The translations under genes and the position numbers were made by a program. The notes under the pieces are model-generated. The model worked only from the letters and a program-made list of their open reading frames with translations. It searched no databases and was not told where the DNA came from. A stretch of DNA of 64,000 nucleotides from a bacterium (lineage in GTDB: Bacteria; Myxococcota_A; UBA9160; SZUA-336): NCBI GenBank assembly GCA_041498295.1, contig JBGQIB010000002.1:1101-65100 (forward strand), given 5' to 3'. Positions 1-10,548 of this stretch are shown here, one piece after another; within the stretch, counting starts at the first letter, position 1; every line of letters begins with the position of its first letter.

Positions 1-395
1 GCCTCGCGCAGCTCGCGGTTCTCCTGCGCGAGACGCGCGCGCTCCAGACCGTGGTCGATGCGCAGGAGCAGTTTGTCGTACGACAGCGGCTTTTCGAGAA
101 AGTCGTACGCGCCGAGCTTCGTGGCGCGCACCGCCGTCTCGATCGTGCCGTGCCCCGACATCATCACGATGGGGAGATGCGGGTGAGACGTGCGCAGTGA
201 CTCGAGCAGCTCGAGTCCGTCTCTGCCGGGCATCGCCACGTCGAGCAGCACGAGGTCGGGGGTCGACGCGCTGATCTCGCGGTCGGCTTCGTCGGCGCCC
301 GCGGCCAACACCGGGCGGTGTCCTTCGTCGGCGAGCACGTCGGCGATCGAGCGGCGCACGCTCTCCTCGTCGTCGACGATCAGGATCGTGGCCAC
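1..395 (-). CDS. response regulator, NtrX-like; 5' part only (receiver domain), gene runs off the window edge
   Basis: The minus-strand translation from GTG at 395 reads VATILIVDDEESVRRSIADVLADEGHRPVLAAGADEADREISASTPDLVLLDVAMPGRDGLELLESLRTSHPHLPIVMMSGHGTIETAVRATKLGAYDFLEKPL, a classic CheY-like receiver domain. A GAGG SD lies 5 nt upstream of the GTG. The start overlaps the stop of the upstream sensor kinase by 16 nt (operon). Not in the ORF track because it is truncated. Confidence 0.65.
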   Translation of the reverse strand, partial: MATILIVDDEESVRRSIADVLADEGHRPVLAAGADEADREISASTPDLVLLDVAMPGRDGLELLESLRTSHPHLPIVMMSGHGTIETAVRATKLGAYDFLEKPLSYDKLLLRIDHGLERARLAQENRELRE

Positions 396-2632
396 GGTGC
401 CTCGCTGCGGACGGGGAGCTCGACGATGAAGCGGCTGCCGCGCGGGCGGTTCGCCGCGACGCGGACGTATCCCGAGTGGTCGGAGACGATGCGCGACACG
501 ATCGCGAGGCCCAGGCCGGAGCCCGCGCGCTTGGTCGAGAAGCCCGCTTCGAACAGGCGCGCGCGGTCCTCGGGCCGGATGCCGCCGCCGGTGTCCGCCA
601 CTTGCAAGTGTATCGTGCCGACGCTCGCGTCGAGGCGCGTCGAGACACTGACCTTCCGCGGGCCCGGCCCCGCCTCGTCTATCGCCGCCACGGCGTTGTC
701 GCAGAGATTCAGGATCACGCGCCGGATCTGCTGGCGGTCGAGGTCCAACATCGGCACCGCGGGATCGAGCGCGGCGCTGAACTCGATCGTCGCATTGCCG
801 CGGTAGAGCTCCACGACTTCGGCGACCAGCTTGTTCAGATCCGTCGGCGCGGGGTCGGTCGCCGGCAAGCGCGCGAAGCTCGAGAACTCCGCGAGCAGAT
901 GCTTCATCGCCTCGACCTCGGCGGTGATCGCGTCGGTGCTCTCGCGCAGCAGCGCAGCCGACTCGGGGTCGGTGAGCTTCCCGGCCAGCTTGCGGCGCAG
1001 TCGCTGCGCGGACAGCTGGATCGGCGTCAGCGGATTCTTGATCTCGTGCGCGATCCGGCGCGCCATCTCGCGCCAGGCGGCCATGCGCTGCACACGCATG
1101 ATCTCGGTCACGTCGTCGACGACTACCACGAAGCCGGCCGCGGCGCCGCTCGCGTCGTGCATGCGCGACGCGGTCCAGTTGAGCGTGCGCACCTCGCCCG
1201 AGACCGCGATCGGCATTTGCCGGCGCAGGGTCTCCTGGGGACCCGACGCCAATCGGTGTAGCAGCGCCGACAGCGCGTCGAGCGCGGGACCGGTGAGCAG
1301 CTCGCCGATCTTCTTCCCGACCCAGTCACCGGAGGCGATGCCCAGCAGGCGCAGCGCCGGCGGGTTGATCGTGCCGACCGCGAAGTCCGCGTCGAGCGAG
1401 AGCACGCCCGCGCCGACGGCGCGCAGGATGATCTCCATCTGCGTGCGCCGCCGCTCCAGGTCCGCCCGGTTGCGCGCCAGGTCGGTGGCCATGCGGTTGA
1501 AGCCGTCGACGAGCGCGGAGATCTCGTCGTGCCCTCCCCGCTCCACACGCACGTCGTAGTTTCCGGCGGCGACCTCGGCCGTGGCGCCGGCGAGGCGCGC
1601 GATCGGCTCGGTGACTTGCTTCGCGAGCCGGAACCCGATCCACGACGAGAACAACACGCTCGAGAGCGTGATCATCGCGAGCAAGAGCAGCATGCTGCCC
1701 TCGAAGGTGCCCTTGCGCGGCTGGAGTCTCTCGTAGGCCGCGCGCGCCGCGCGGATGCCCGCGACGCGCGTGCTGATGTTGCGCGGCAGGAAACGGTTCA
1801 CGACCACGACGCCGACGATCTCGCGCGCCTGACCGGGGCCGCGCACGGGCACGACCGCGCGCACGAGCTCGCCGGGTCCGGCGCCCTGGATCACGCTGCG
1901 CTCCACGCCTTCGAGGCCCGCGCGGATCAGCGCCGAGGTCGGCGCCTCGAAGGCAATCACGGCCACCTCCGGGTGAGTCGCCGTCGCCAGCTCCTCGAGG
2001 TCGCGGTTGAACACCTCGACGACGCCGAGGTCGTACTCAGCCCGTTTCTCCGACACGAACTTCTTCAAACCGTCGAGCGCGCCCGCGCGCACGAGGTTCT
2101 TCTCTTCGAGCTGCGCCGCGATGCGCCGCGCGAAGAAGAGCGATGTCTCCTCCGCCTCGTTGTAGTACGCGTCCGCGACCTCGATCGATTGCCCCAAGCT
2201 GTCGGAGAGCTCGAGCTCGAACCACACGCTGACGGCGCGCGACACGAGCAGCGCGGAGAGCACGAACAGCGCCGTCGAAGACAGTGCCGTCGCGAACACG
2301 AACGAAGTCACGAAGCGCGTGTTCAGCTTCGAGCCGAAGCGGCCGGCGCGGCGGTCGACGATCAGCTTCACGACGTTGCGCGAGAGCAGGAAGACCAGGA
2401 GACCGATCAGGGCGACGCTCGCGTTCAGGAGCGCCAGAAGCACGGTGTCGCTCGCGAGCGGCAGCGAGTGGGCGCGGGTCAGCACCTCCTGCTCGACCGA
2501 CAACAAGAGCGCCAGCACCGCGAGCGCCAGCGCCGCCAGACGCCAATCGCGCCGGCGTCGCCGTCGTTCCTCGGTCGCGGTCTGCGCGCGCTCCTCGGGC
2601 GAGCCGCGCGTGGCTTTGCTCGCGGGTTCCAA
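380..2632 (-). CDS. ntrY: NtrY-like sensor histidine kinase (multi-TM N-terminus, HAMP, PAS, HisKA, HATPase)
   Basis: 750-aa ORF with N-terminal TM helices, a HAMP-like segment (IARLAGATAEVAAGNYDVRVE), an H-box (HEIKNPLTPIQLSAQRLRRK) and a C-terminal G-box (DTGGGI...GSGLGLAIV). Confidence 0.8.
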   Translation of the reverse strand: MEPASKATRGSPEERAQTATEERRRRRRDWRLAALALAVLALLLSVEQEVLTRAHSLPLASDTVLLALLNASVALIGLLVFLLSRNVVKLIVDRRAGRFGSKLNTRFVTSFVFATALSSTALFVLSALLVSRAVSVWFELELSDSLGQSIEVADAYYNEAEETSLFFARRIAAQLEEKNLVRAGALDGLKKFVSEKRAEYDLGVVEVFNRDLEELATATHPEVAVIAFEAPTSALIRAGLEGVERSVIQGAGPGELVRAVVPVRGPGQAREIVGVVVVNRFLPRNISTRVAGIRAARAAYERLQPRKGTFEGSMLLLLAMITLSSVLFSSWIGFRLAKQVTEPIARLAGATAEVAAGNYDVRVERGGHDEISALVDGFNRMATDLARNRADLERRRTQMEIILRAVGAGVLSLDADFAVGTINPPALRLLGIASGDWVGKKIGELLTGPALDALSALLHRLASGPQETLRRQMPIAVSGEVRTLNWTASRMHDASGAAAGFVVVVDDVTEIMRVQRMAAWREMARRIAHEIKNPLTPIQLSAQRLRRKLAGKLTDPESAALLRESTDAITAEVEAMKHLLAEFSSFARLPATDPAPTDLNKLVAEVVELYRGNATIEFSAALDPAVPMLDLDRQQIRRVILNLCDNAVAAIDEAGPGPRKVSVSTRLDASVGTIHLQVADTGGGIRPEDRARLFEAGFSTKRAGSGLGLAIVSRIVSDHSGYVRVAANRPRGSRFIVELPVRSEAPWPRS

Positions 2633-2719
2633 CCGGCCCCAACGCTAACGCACGCGGCTTTTTCGTTTCAAGCCTTCGGCGCGCATGGCTTCGCCGTAAG
2701 CCCATGAAAAATCGCCGGT

Positions 2720-5700
2720 TTGGGGCCTCTCGCGGTCAAGACGCCCCGCTCGCATTCCGAAACAGCCGAGATGCAGTCGCGCCCGCGCACCCGTCCTCCG
2801 GGCACTTCCCCGGAACAGGCCGAACGAATTCAGCGCTTGCTCCAGGGCTTCGCCACCAACCCGACCGATGCTCGGGCGTTCCGAACGCTCGAGGAGCACC
2901 TGTATCTCGCGGGCGCGTGGACCGAGCTCGCGAACGTGTACGACTGTCGCCTTTCGGTGTTGCCCGCGACCGGCCCCGAGCGCGCGGAAGTCCTCACCAA
3001 GGTCGCGGGAATCTACGGCGAACGGCTCGGCGACGTGCCGCAAGCGCGCGCGCGCTACGAAGAGCTACTGCGCTTGCGGCCGCAGAACGGCCCGGCGCTC
3101 TCGAGCCTGCGCCGCCTGGTCGCGAGCGCGGGCGATGTGACTTCGGCGCTGCAGCTCGCAGAAGCGGAGGAAGCGCTGCCGCTCGAGCCGCCAGCGCGCG
3201 CCCAGCTCTTCGCCGAGATCGGCCGGCTGTGGCGGGGTCTCGGCGACAAGGAGGAAGCCCGACGCCGCTTCGAGGCCGCGCTCGAGCTCGATCCGAAGTG
3301 CGATCCCGCCGTCCAAGGCGCGGCGCTGCTCGCCGAAGACGCCGGCGAGCGCGAGCGCGCGCTCGCGCTCCACGAGAGCCGGCTGTCCGCGCTCTCGGGC
3401 AATCCGCGCGCGGACGTGCTCGAGCGCATGGCGCGCCTTCTCCCGTCGACGGAAGCTTTGCGCAAGAAGGCGCTCCTCAGCGAGGTCGTGCGCTCGCACC
3501 CGGAGCGGCGCGGTCCGCTCGAGCGACTGATCGAGCTCGAGCGCTCGGCGGGTCGGCACGCGAGCGTCGACGAACTGCAGCGCGCGCTCTGGAAGTTGGT
3601 TCACGATCCGGTCGAGCGCGTCGCGCTCGCCAGCGGCGCGGCCGCGCTGCAGATGGACGAGGCGCAGAACGTCGAGGCCGCGGCGTACTGGGCCGAGCGC
3701 GCCGACGAGATCGCCTCCGACGACGCGGCGGTGCAGAAGCTGCGCCACCGCATCCACCGGCGCGCCGGCTCGACGAAGGGCGTGCTCGACTCGCTCGAGA
3801 AGCTCGCGAATATCGAGGGCGCGACCCCCATGCGCCTGCTCGAACTCGCGGTGCTGTGCGAGCGCGAGGGTCAGTCGGAGCGCGCGATCCGTCACCTCGA
3901 GCGGTCACTCGCCAACGATCCGTACGACGGCGAAGCGCTCGAGATCCTCGACCGCTGCCTCGCGCGTCTGGGGCGACACGCGGAACGCGCCGAGGTGCTC
4001 GAGCGGCGCATCGCCGCCGCGGCGAGCAACGAGGACGCTTCGGATCTGATCGTCGAGCTCGGCGACTTCTACGTGCAGGCGCTCAGCCAGAGCGCGAACG
4101 CCGAGGCCGCGTATCGGCGCGCGCTCGACCAGTTTCCCGCGCACGTGGCCGCCGCCGTGCAGCTGCGCCAGTTGCTGCGCAGCTCGGGCCGCAGCGCCGA
4201 GCTCTGTGCGCTGCTCGAGAGTCTCTCCGCCGCGGCGCCGCCCGGCCGCGGCCGGGCCGTTCTGCTCTGCGAACTGGCGCTGCTGCGCCTCGAGCACGGG
4301 GACTCACCTTCCGAGGCGCGCGTCGCTTACTCGCAGGCGCTCGAGACCGATCCGGCGTGCGCCCCGGCGCTGGCGGGCCTGCGCGAGCTCGCGGCCACCA
4401 CGCGCGAGCCTTCGGCGCTGCTCGAGGTTTCGGAGCGCGAGCTCGCGCTCGAGCCGCCGCCCGAGCGAGCTGCGCTGCTGTTCGCTGACATCGCGCAGGC
4501 GGCGCACGCGCTCGGCGACGCCGCGCGCGCGCGCAGCGCGGTCCAGCGCTGGCTCGAGCTCGCGCCGGCGCCCGAGGCGCTCGGCCTGCTCGCGGAGCTC
4601 GAGCGCGTCGACGGCGACTTCGGCGCAGAGGCGCGCGCGCTCGAGTCACTGGAGTCACTGGTCCAGGAACGCGATCGCGCTGCGCACGCGCTCGTCTGCG
4701 TGCGCCTAGCCGAGCTCGCGCTCGCGCGGCCCGAGCCCGAGGCGCTGGACGACGTCGAGCGTTGGTATCGCGCGGCGCGCGCGAGCGCGCCCGAGAACGA
4801 GGCGCTGCGCGCGCGGCTCGTCGAGCTCTACCGGCGCGGAAACAAGTTGCCCGAGCTCGCTCAGGAGCTGCGCGCGCAATTGGAGGCTGCGGGCGAGCGC
4901 GCGCCGCTCTCGCTCGCGCTCGAGCTGTCGCGCACGCTCGCGACGCTCGGCGATCTCGTGCAGGCCTCCTCCGTGCTGCAGCCCGCCTTCGAGCGCGAGC
5001 CCGATTCGACCGCCGCCGGCGATCTGCTCGAGAGCTTGCTGGCCGAGCAGGACCGCATCGAGGAGCTGTGCGACGTGCTGGCGCGCCGCTTGTCGCGCGA
5101 GCGCGATCCCGCGCGCCGCCGCGAGCTCGCACACCGGCAAGCGGGTCTCTTGCTCGAGGGACTGCGCCGCGCCGAAGACGCAATCGCGGTGCTGCGCGAG
5201 TTCGCGGACCCAACCCGCGACGGGCGACTCGAGCACCTGTTCGCCCGCGCCCTCGAGGCCGGCGGCCAGACGCGCGAGCTCGAGGCGTGGCTCACGATGC
5301 GCGAGAGCCATGTCGCTGGCACCGAACGCACGGAGCTCCTGCTGCGCCTCGCCGCGCTCCAGGAGCGCGACGGGCGCGTGAGCGAAGCGATCGAGTGTCT
5401 CAAGCGCGCGCGCGACGAGGTGTCGCCGTCGCTCGCCGCGACGGTGCGCAGCGCGCTGCTCGCGCTGCTGCGCACGCACGGAAGTCCCGAGGATCAGCTC
5501 GCGTTCCTGGAGCAGAGCATCGCGAGCGCGCCCGACGCGGCCGCGAGCGCTTCGCTGCTCGTCGAACGCGCTCGGCTCTACGCGGAGCGCCTGCGCGATC
5601 CGGCTCGCGCGCTGGCCGATCTCGAGCGCGCCCAAGCGCAGTCGGAGCTCGGCGCCGACGACCTGCGGCTCGTCGCGGAACTCTGCGCCGCGGCCGGTGC

Positions 5701-8700
5701 GCACGATCGGCGCATCCAAGCGCTCGAGAAGCTCGCCGAGTGCGCCCCCAGCGACGAGCTGCGCCGCGCGACGTGGCTCGAGCTCGCGCGCCTCGTCGGA
5801 GACGGGCCGGAAGAGGTGCGCGATCCCGCGCGCGCCGAGGCCGTGCTGCGCCGGCTGCTCGCGCGCGACGGCGCGGACCCTGACGCGTTCGATCGCCTGG
5901 CGGCGATCTACGAGCGCGACGAGCGCGGCGTCGAGCTGCGCCGTCTGTTCGGTGAGCGACTCGCCGAGAGCAATCTGCGCGTGGGCGAGCGAGCGTCGCT
6001 CGCGCTGCGCTTGGCGCGCTTGCAGCTGGCCGCGGGCGATGCGCGCCTCGCGGTCGAGACCTTGTCTGGCGCTCGTACACCGAACGGTGACGACCCCGCG
6101 CTCGACGAGCTCCTGTATTCCGCGCTCGGCAGCGCAGGCAACACCTCGGGGCAAATGCAGCTGTGCGCGGAGCGCTCGCGCGCGGCGGAGGAGCCCCCGG
6201 CTCGCGCGCGCTGGCTGCGCCGCTGGCTCAGCGCGCTCGAGAGCGCGAACCGGCCGACGGCGGAGCGCTTGTCCGTCATCGATGGCCTGTTCGCGGACGG
6301 CGTCGAGGACGCCGAGCTGTTCGCGCTGCGCCTGCCGCTCTTGCGCGAGGGCGCCGATCCCGAGTCACTCGCGGACGGACTGCGGCGCGCGCTCGAGCAG
6401 CCGGGGGTCGCATCGCCCGGCGCTCGCCGGCTCTGGGTGCGCGAGCTGCTCGCGCTCTACGAGGGTCCGCTCGGGCGACCCGAGAGCGCGCTCGCGCTGG
6501 TCGAGCGCGAGCTGCGCGACGATCCGGGTCTGCGCGACCGCGGGCTGCGCGCGGCACGCGCGCTCGGCGACGAGGCGCGCGAGCTGGCGCTGTTGCGGCC
6601 GCTGGCCGTCGGCGCGCTCGACGGCGGCCTTCCGCCCGCCGAGCTGCGGCGCCTCGGCCTCGCGCTCGCGCACGCGGGCGAAGCGGAGCAGGCCTACACA
6701 GTTCTGTGTCGAGCGCGCACGACCGCGCCGCTCGACCGCGAGGTGCTGGCCGCGCTCGAGGAGATCGTGCGCGCCAAGGACGACACGCGCGAGCTGCTCG
6801 GCATTCTCGGCGCGCGCTTCTCCGCCGAGGCGGGCGAAGCGCGCCTGCACGTCGCGCGCGAGGCAGTCGCGGCCGCGGCGCGCGCGCGCGATCCGAAGCT
6901 CGAGCTCTCCTGGCTGCGGAAGCTGCACGCGCTGCAGCCGTTGGCGCAGGACGGCCGCGTTCGCTGGCTCGCGCTCGAGCGCGAGGTCGGCGGCCCGGCG
7001 GGTCGCCTGGAAGCGGTGCGCTCACTCGTGGAGCTGGCGCGCGACAGCGTCGAGCAGGCCGAGCTCGCGGCGGCCGAGGGCGAGTTACTCGGCGAGCTCG
7101 GACAGCTGAACGAGGCGAGCGCCTGCTACGCGCGCGCGCTCGCGACCCAACCACGGCCGAAGCTCGCCTGGCTGCGCGCGCAGAGCGACCTGCTCGCGCG
7201 CCTCGGCCGCCCGAGCGAACGCGTCGATCTTCTGCGCGCGCTCGCGCGCCACCCCGAGGCCAGCGCCGAGGAGCGCACGCGCTACCAGCGCGAGCGCATC
7301 GAGCTGCTCGCCTCGCATCCCGAGCTGCGCGAAGAGGCGGCGCTCGAGCTGCGCATGTGGCTCGACTCCGACCCCGGTGCGTCGCGCTCCGCTCAGCTCG
7401 AGCGCATGCGCTCGCTCTTGCACCTGTACGCGAGCTTGGGCCGCGACGCCGATTGGTGTGGGCTCGCCGAGCGCGCGCTTCCGCTCGCGCCGGACTCGGA
7501 GCGAGCCGAGCTCGAGCGCCGCATCGCGGCGCGCCTCGGCAACGCGCTGGGCTCCACCGATCAGGCGATCGCGGCCTGGCAGCGCGTACTCACGCGCGCG
7601 CCCGCGGACCGCGAGGCGCTCACGGCGCTCTGTTCCCTCTTGCAGCGTCCCGGCGACGAGGCGCGCCGCGCCGACGCGCTCGAGCGCTTGGCCGCGAGCG
7701 AGCCCGAGGCGAGCGAGAAACTCTGGCTCGAGGCGGCGCGCCTCCGCTGGCAGTCACTCGGCGACGCGCACGCCGCGCTCGACGACGTCGACCGTGCGCT
7801 CGCGTTGGCCGCGCGCCTCGACGGCGCGCACGACCTGCGCTCGGAGCTCTGCGCGCATCTCGACCGCCACGACGACGAGGCGACTTCGCTGCGCGCGCTG
7901 CTCTCGGCCGAGCCCGACGGCGGCCTGGCGCCAGATCGCTGGCTGCGGCTCGCGCAGCTCGCGGCTGCGAAGCGCGAGAGCTGGACCGAGGCGATCGACG
8001 CCGCCGAGCGCGCGCTGGGTTTGGCGCGCGGGCAGATCACGATGGTGCGCGAGGTGCGCCGCGTCTTCGAGCGCGCGCACTCGTTCGAGCGCGCGCGCGA
8101 TCTCTTGTGCGACGAGATCGCGGCCGCGAGCGGCGAAGACGCGCTCGCGCTTCACCGTCGTCTCGCGCGCATCGCCTGGGACGAGCTCCACGACGAGGAG
8201 CTCGCGACCAAGTCACTCGCCGCGCTCGCCTCGAGCGACGCGCTGCGCACCGACGACCGCGAGCGCTACGCAGCCGCGCTCGCCGAACAGGGCCGCTTCC
8301 GCGAGTCACTCGAGCAGCGCGGCGCCGCGCTCAAGGACGTCGGCGACCTCGCCACGCCGGCGGCCTGGTTGGAGCTCGCGCGCGATTCGCTCGCCAAGCT
8401 CGACGACGCGGCGCGAGCGCGCGACGCCTGCGACCGCGCTCTCGCCAGCGAGCCGTCGCAGCGCGAGGCGCTCGAGCTTCGCGCGCTGCTACACAACCGA
8501 CTGTGTGAGCCCGCGCGCGAGTTCGAGGACGTGCTCGCGCTCGCCGAGCTCGAGAGCGACGCGGCGCGAGCGGCCGACCGGTTCACGCGCGCCGGCGCGA
8601 TCGCGCGCGACCGACTCGACGACCCGATGCGCGCCTGGGCGCTATTCCGCACTGCGCTGCGCCACGACGGCGCGCACCTTCCCGCGCTGCTCGGGGCCGG

Positions 8701-10537
8701 CGAGATCGCGCTCGCGCGTCACGAGTGGGCGGAGGCGGAGCGCGCCTTCGGACTCGCGGCGTCGCTTCTGCGCGGCTCCCCGGATGAGGACAAGCTCGCG
8801 GCGGTGGCTCGCTGCGCGGCGCAGGCCGCGCAGGCGCAGGAGCGCTTCGCGGAAGCGTTCCGCTATCTCGAGCTCGCGCTCGAGCGCGAGCCCGAGCACC
8901 CCGCGGCGCTCGACTCGATGGCCGGCCTGGCGCTGCGCCTCGGCGCGCACGCGCGCGCACGCGACTGTCTCGACACGCGGCTGCGCGCGCCCGAGCTCTC
9001 GCCCGACGAGCGCGCCGATCGGCTCGTGAAGCTCGCGCAGGCGTGCGAGGGACTGCAGCAGCTCGACCGCGCCGCCGCCGCGCTCGAGGAAGTGCTCGCG
9101 ATTCGCGCGAACGACGAAGTGTCTCGGGCGCGCGCGGTCGATTTGTTGGAGCGGCTCGGCGAGACGGAGCGCGCGGTGCTTCAGCTCGACGCATGGAGCG
9201 AGCACGTGCCCGCGGAGTTCGCGGCGCGCCTGCAGCTGCGCGCCGCGCAGCTCGAGCTGGCGCACGGCGATCGCGCGCGCGCGCGCCGGCGACTCGAGCA
9301 GATCACGGACGGCGAGTCGGTCCCGGACGACGCCTGGGTCGCGTTGCTCGAGCTGATTCGCGCCGACGACGGCGCCACGCGCGCGCTCGACTTCGCCGCG
9401 CGCGCGCTGGCGGTGGTCAAGCTGCCGAAGCCGCGCGCTTCGCTGCTCTGGAGCTCCGCCGAGGCATCGGCGTCGGTCGGGCAGAACGGACCGGCCGCGC
9501 GGCGCGCGATGGAGGCGCTGATGTTCGAGCCCGGTCACGTGGCGGCGGCGCGCATGCTCGCCGGGAACCTCGGCCAGCTCGAGGACTGGGGCACGGCGGT
9601 GAAGCTGCTCGAGAAGACACTCGATACGGCGCATCCCGATCGTCCGGTAGAGGCAGAGCTGTGGGAAGCAGTCGGCCGCGCGTACGCGGGGCCGCTCGAA
9701 GACATCGAGCGCGCGCAGCGCTGCTACCGCCGGGCGCTCGAGTGCAACCCGCTGCGGCAGAGCGCGCGCGAGGCGCTGGCCGACACGACCGCGTTCGATC
9801 CGGCGGCGCACCGCGAGTCCGTCGACGCGCATCGCTGGCTGCTGGAGCGACATCCGGGGCGGCGCAGCTCGTGGCGGTCACTCGAGCGAATCGCCGCCCA
9901 CTGGAAGCGCGAGCGCGCACAGAAGACCTGCGTCGCGGTGCTTCAGGCGCTCGGCCCCGCCGGCGCAAGCGCGCCCGTCGAAGGGCCGCTCCTGGTCGAG
10001 GCCGGCGCGCCGGCGGACGGGACGGTCGCGGCTGCGACCGAGCTCCTGCTCGCGATCTCCGAAGCGGGCGCGCTGCCCGCGCCAGGCGTTGCTCCTCCGT
10101 ACGGGACGTTGGCTCCGCCGCTCGAGCAGGCGCTGGCCGCGCTCGTCGGGCCGGCGTGGAAGCTGGGCGACGCGGCGCTGCGCGGGATTTGGAGTCAGCC
10201 GGGCGAAGACTCTACGCAGACCGGTGACGACGTCGGCCGGCGCGCGAAGCGCCGCCTGAAGAAGGCGCTGCGCAGCTTCGACACGGAGTTGCTCCGCGTC
10301 CTGACGCCCGACCTGTGGCGCGAGCAAGTGCTCGGTCACGCGGCTGCGCGCGTGCTCGGCTCGGGTCAGGTGGAGCTGCGCGAGCTCTTGCTCGAGCTGC
10401 TCGCTGTCTGGCCGACGACGTCGCGGCTCGAGCTGCGCGCCAGCGGCGACCTGGCCTCGGCCGTACAGCTCTGCCCGCCTGCGCGCGTACTGCTGCTGCG
10501 CGTGGCGTCCGCGGTGATCGGGTCGCTCGGGCTCTGA
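2720..10537 (+). CDS. giant (~2600 aa) TPR/tetratricopeptide-repeat protein; start uncertain (TTG 2720 or ATG 2771)
   Basis: Single uninterrupted 7.8-kb ORF. The translation is an Ala/Leu/Glu/Arg-rich helical repeat typical of TPR solenoids (e.g. AEAAYRRALDQFPAHVAA, ARCYRRALECNPLRQSARE). All long antisense ORFs across this span are Arg-rich artefacts. Confidence 0.8.
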   Translation: MGPLAVKTPRSHSETAEMQSRPRTRPPGTSPEQAERIQRLLQGFATNPTDARAFRTLEEHLYLAGAWTELANVYDCRLSVLPATGPERAEVLTKVAGIYGERLGDVPQARARYEELLRLRPQNGPALSSLRRLVASAGDVTSALQLAEAEEALPLEPPARAQLFAEIGRLWRGLGDKEEARRRFEAALELDPKCDPAVQGAALLAEDAGERERALALHESRLSALSGNPRADVLERMARLLPSTEALRKKALLSEVVRSHPERRGPLERLIELERSAGRHASVDELQRALWKLVHDPVERVALASGAAALQMDEAQNVEAAAYWAERADEIASDDAAVQKLRHRIHRRAGSTKGVLDSLEKLANIEGATPMRLLELAVLCEREGQSERAIRHLERSLANDPYDGEALEILDRCLARLGRHAERAEVLERRIAAAASNEDASDLIVELGDFYVQALSQSANAEAAYRRALDQFPAHVAAAVQLRQLLRSSGRSAELCALLESLSAAAPPGRGRAVLLCELALLRLEHGDSPSEARVAYSQALETDPACAPALAGLRELAATTREPSALLEVSERELALEPPPERAALLFADIAQAAHALGDAARARSAVQRWLELAPAPEALGLLAELERVDGDFGAEARALESLESLVQERDRAAHALVCVRLAELALARPEPEALDDVERWYRAARASAPENEALRARLVELYRRGNKLPELAQELRAQLEAAGERAPLSLALELSRTLATLGDLVQASSVLQPAFEREPDSTAAGDLLESLLAEQDRIEELCDVLARRLSRERDPARRRELAHRQAGLLLEGLRRAEDAIAVLREFADPTRDGRLEHLFARALEAGGQTRELEAWLTMRESHVAGTERTELLLRLAALQERDGRVSEAIECLKRARDEVSPSLAATVRSALLALLRTHGSPEDQLAFLEQSIASAPDAAASASLLVERARLYAERLRDPARALADLERAQAQSELGADDLRLVAELCAAAGAHDRRIQALEKLAECAPSDELRRATWLELARLVGDGPEEVRDPARAEAVLRRLLARDGADPDAFDRLAAIYERDERGVELRRLFGERLAESNLRVGERASLALRLARLQLAAGDARLAVETLSGARTPNGDDPALDELLYSALGSAGNTSGQMQLCAERSRAAEEPPARARWLRRWLSALESANRPTAERLSVIDGLFADGVEDAELFALRLPLLREGADPESLADGLRRALEQPGVASPGARRLWVRELLALYEGPLGRPESALALVERELRDDPGLRDRGLRAARALGDEARELALLRPLAVGALDGGLPPAELRRLGLALAHAGEAEQAYTVLCRARTTAPLDREVLAALEEIVRAKDDTRELLGILGARFSAEAGEARLHVAREAVAAAARARDPKLELSWLRKLHALQPLAQDGRVRWLALEREVGGPAGRLEAVRSLVELARDSVEQAELAAAEGELLGELGQLNEASACYARALATQPRPKLAWLRAQSDLLARLGRPSERVDLLRALARHPEASAEERTRYQRERIELLASHPELREEAALELRMWLDSDPGASRSAQLERMRSLLHLYASLGRDADWCGLAERALPLAPDSERAELERRIAARLGNALGSTDQAIAAWQRVLTRAPADREALTALCSLLQRPGDEARRADALERLAASEPEASEKLWLEAARLRWQSLGDAHAALDDVDRALALAARLDGAHDLRSELCAHLDRHDDEATSLRALLSAEPDGGLAPDRWLRLAQLAAAKRESWTEAIDAAERALGLARGQITMVREVRRVFERAHSFERARDLLCDEIAAASGEDALALHRRLARIAWDELHDEELATKSLAALASSDALRTDDRERYAAALAEQGRFRESLEQRGAALKDVGDLATPAAWLELARDSLAKLDDAARARDACDRALASEPSQREALELRALLHNRLCEPAREFEDVLALAELESDAARAADRFTRAGAIARDRLDDPMRAWALFRTALRHDGAHLPALLGAGEIALARHEWAEAERAFGLAASLLRGSPDEDKLAAVARCAAQAAQAQERFAEAFRYLELALEREPEHPAALDSMAGLALRLGAHARARDCLDTRLRAPELSPDERADRLVKLAQACEGLQQLDRAAAALEEVLAIRANDEVSRARAVDLLERLGETERAVLQLDAWSEHVPAEFAARLQLRAAQLELAHGDRARARRRLEQITDGESVPDDAWVALLELIRADDGATRALDFAARALAVVKLPKPRASLLWSSAEASASVGQNGPAARRAMEALMFEPGHVAAARMLAGNLGQLEDWGTAVKLLEKTLDTAHPDRPVEAELWEAVGRAYAGPLEDIERAQRCYRRALECNPLRQSAREALADTTAFDPAAHRESVDAHRWLLERHPGRRSSWRSLERIAAHWKRERAQKTCVAVLQALGPAGASAPVEGPLLVEAGAPADGTVAAATELLLAISEAGALPAPGVAPPYGTLAPPLEQALAALVGPAWKLGDAALRGIWSQPGEDSTQTGDDVGRRAKRRLKKALRSFDTELLRVLTPDLWREQVLGHAAARVLGSGQVELRELLLELLAVWPTTSRLELRASGDLASAVQLCPPARVLLLRVASAVIGSLGL

Positions 10538-10548
10538 GCGGGTTCTGG

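Noticed and set aside
190-1261. Small plus-strand ORFs 190-429, 318-806 and 476-1261
   Set aside because: Antisense to the response-regulator and histidine-kinase genes. Ser/Arg-rich.
4083-9853. Many long antisense or out-of-frame ORFs inside the TPR gene (e.g. 4706-6154 minus, 6163-8508 plus, 8642-9853 minus, 4083-5213 minus)
   Set aside because: Their translations are Arg/Ala/Pro-rich and low-complexity, typical of alternative frames in ~75% GC coding DNA. The sense frame is an obvious TPR protein.
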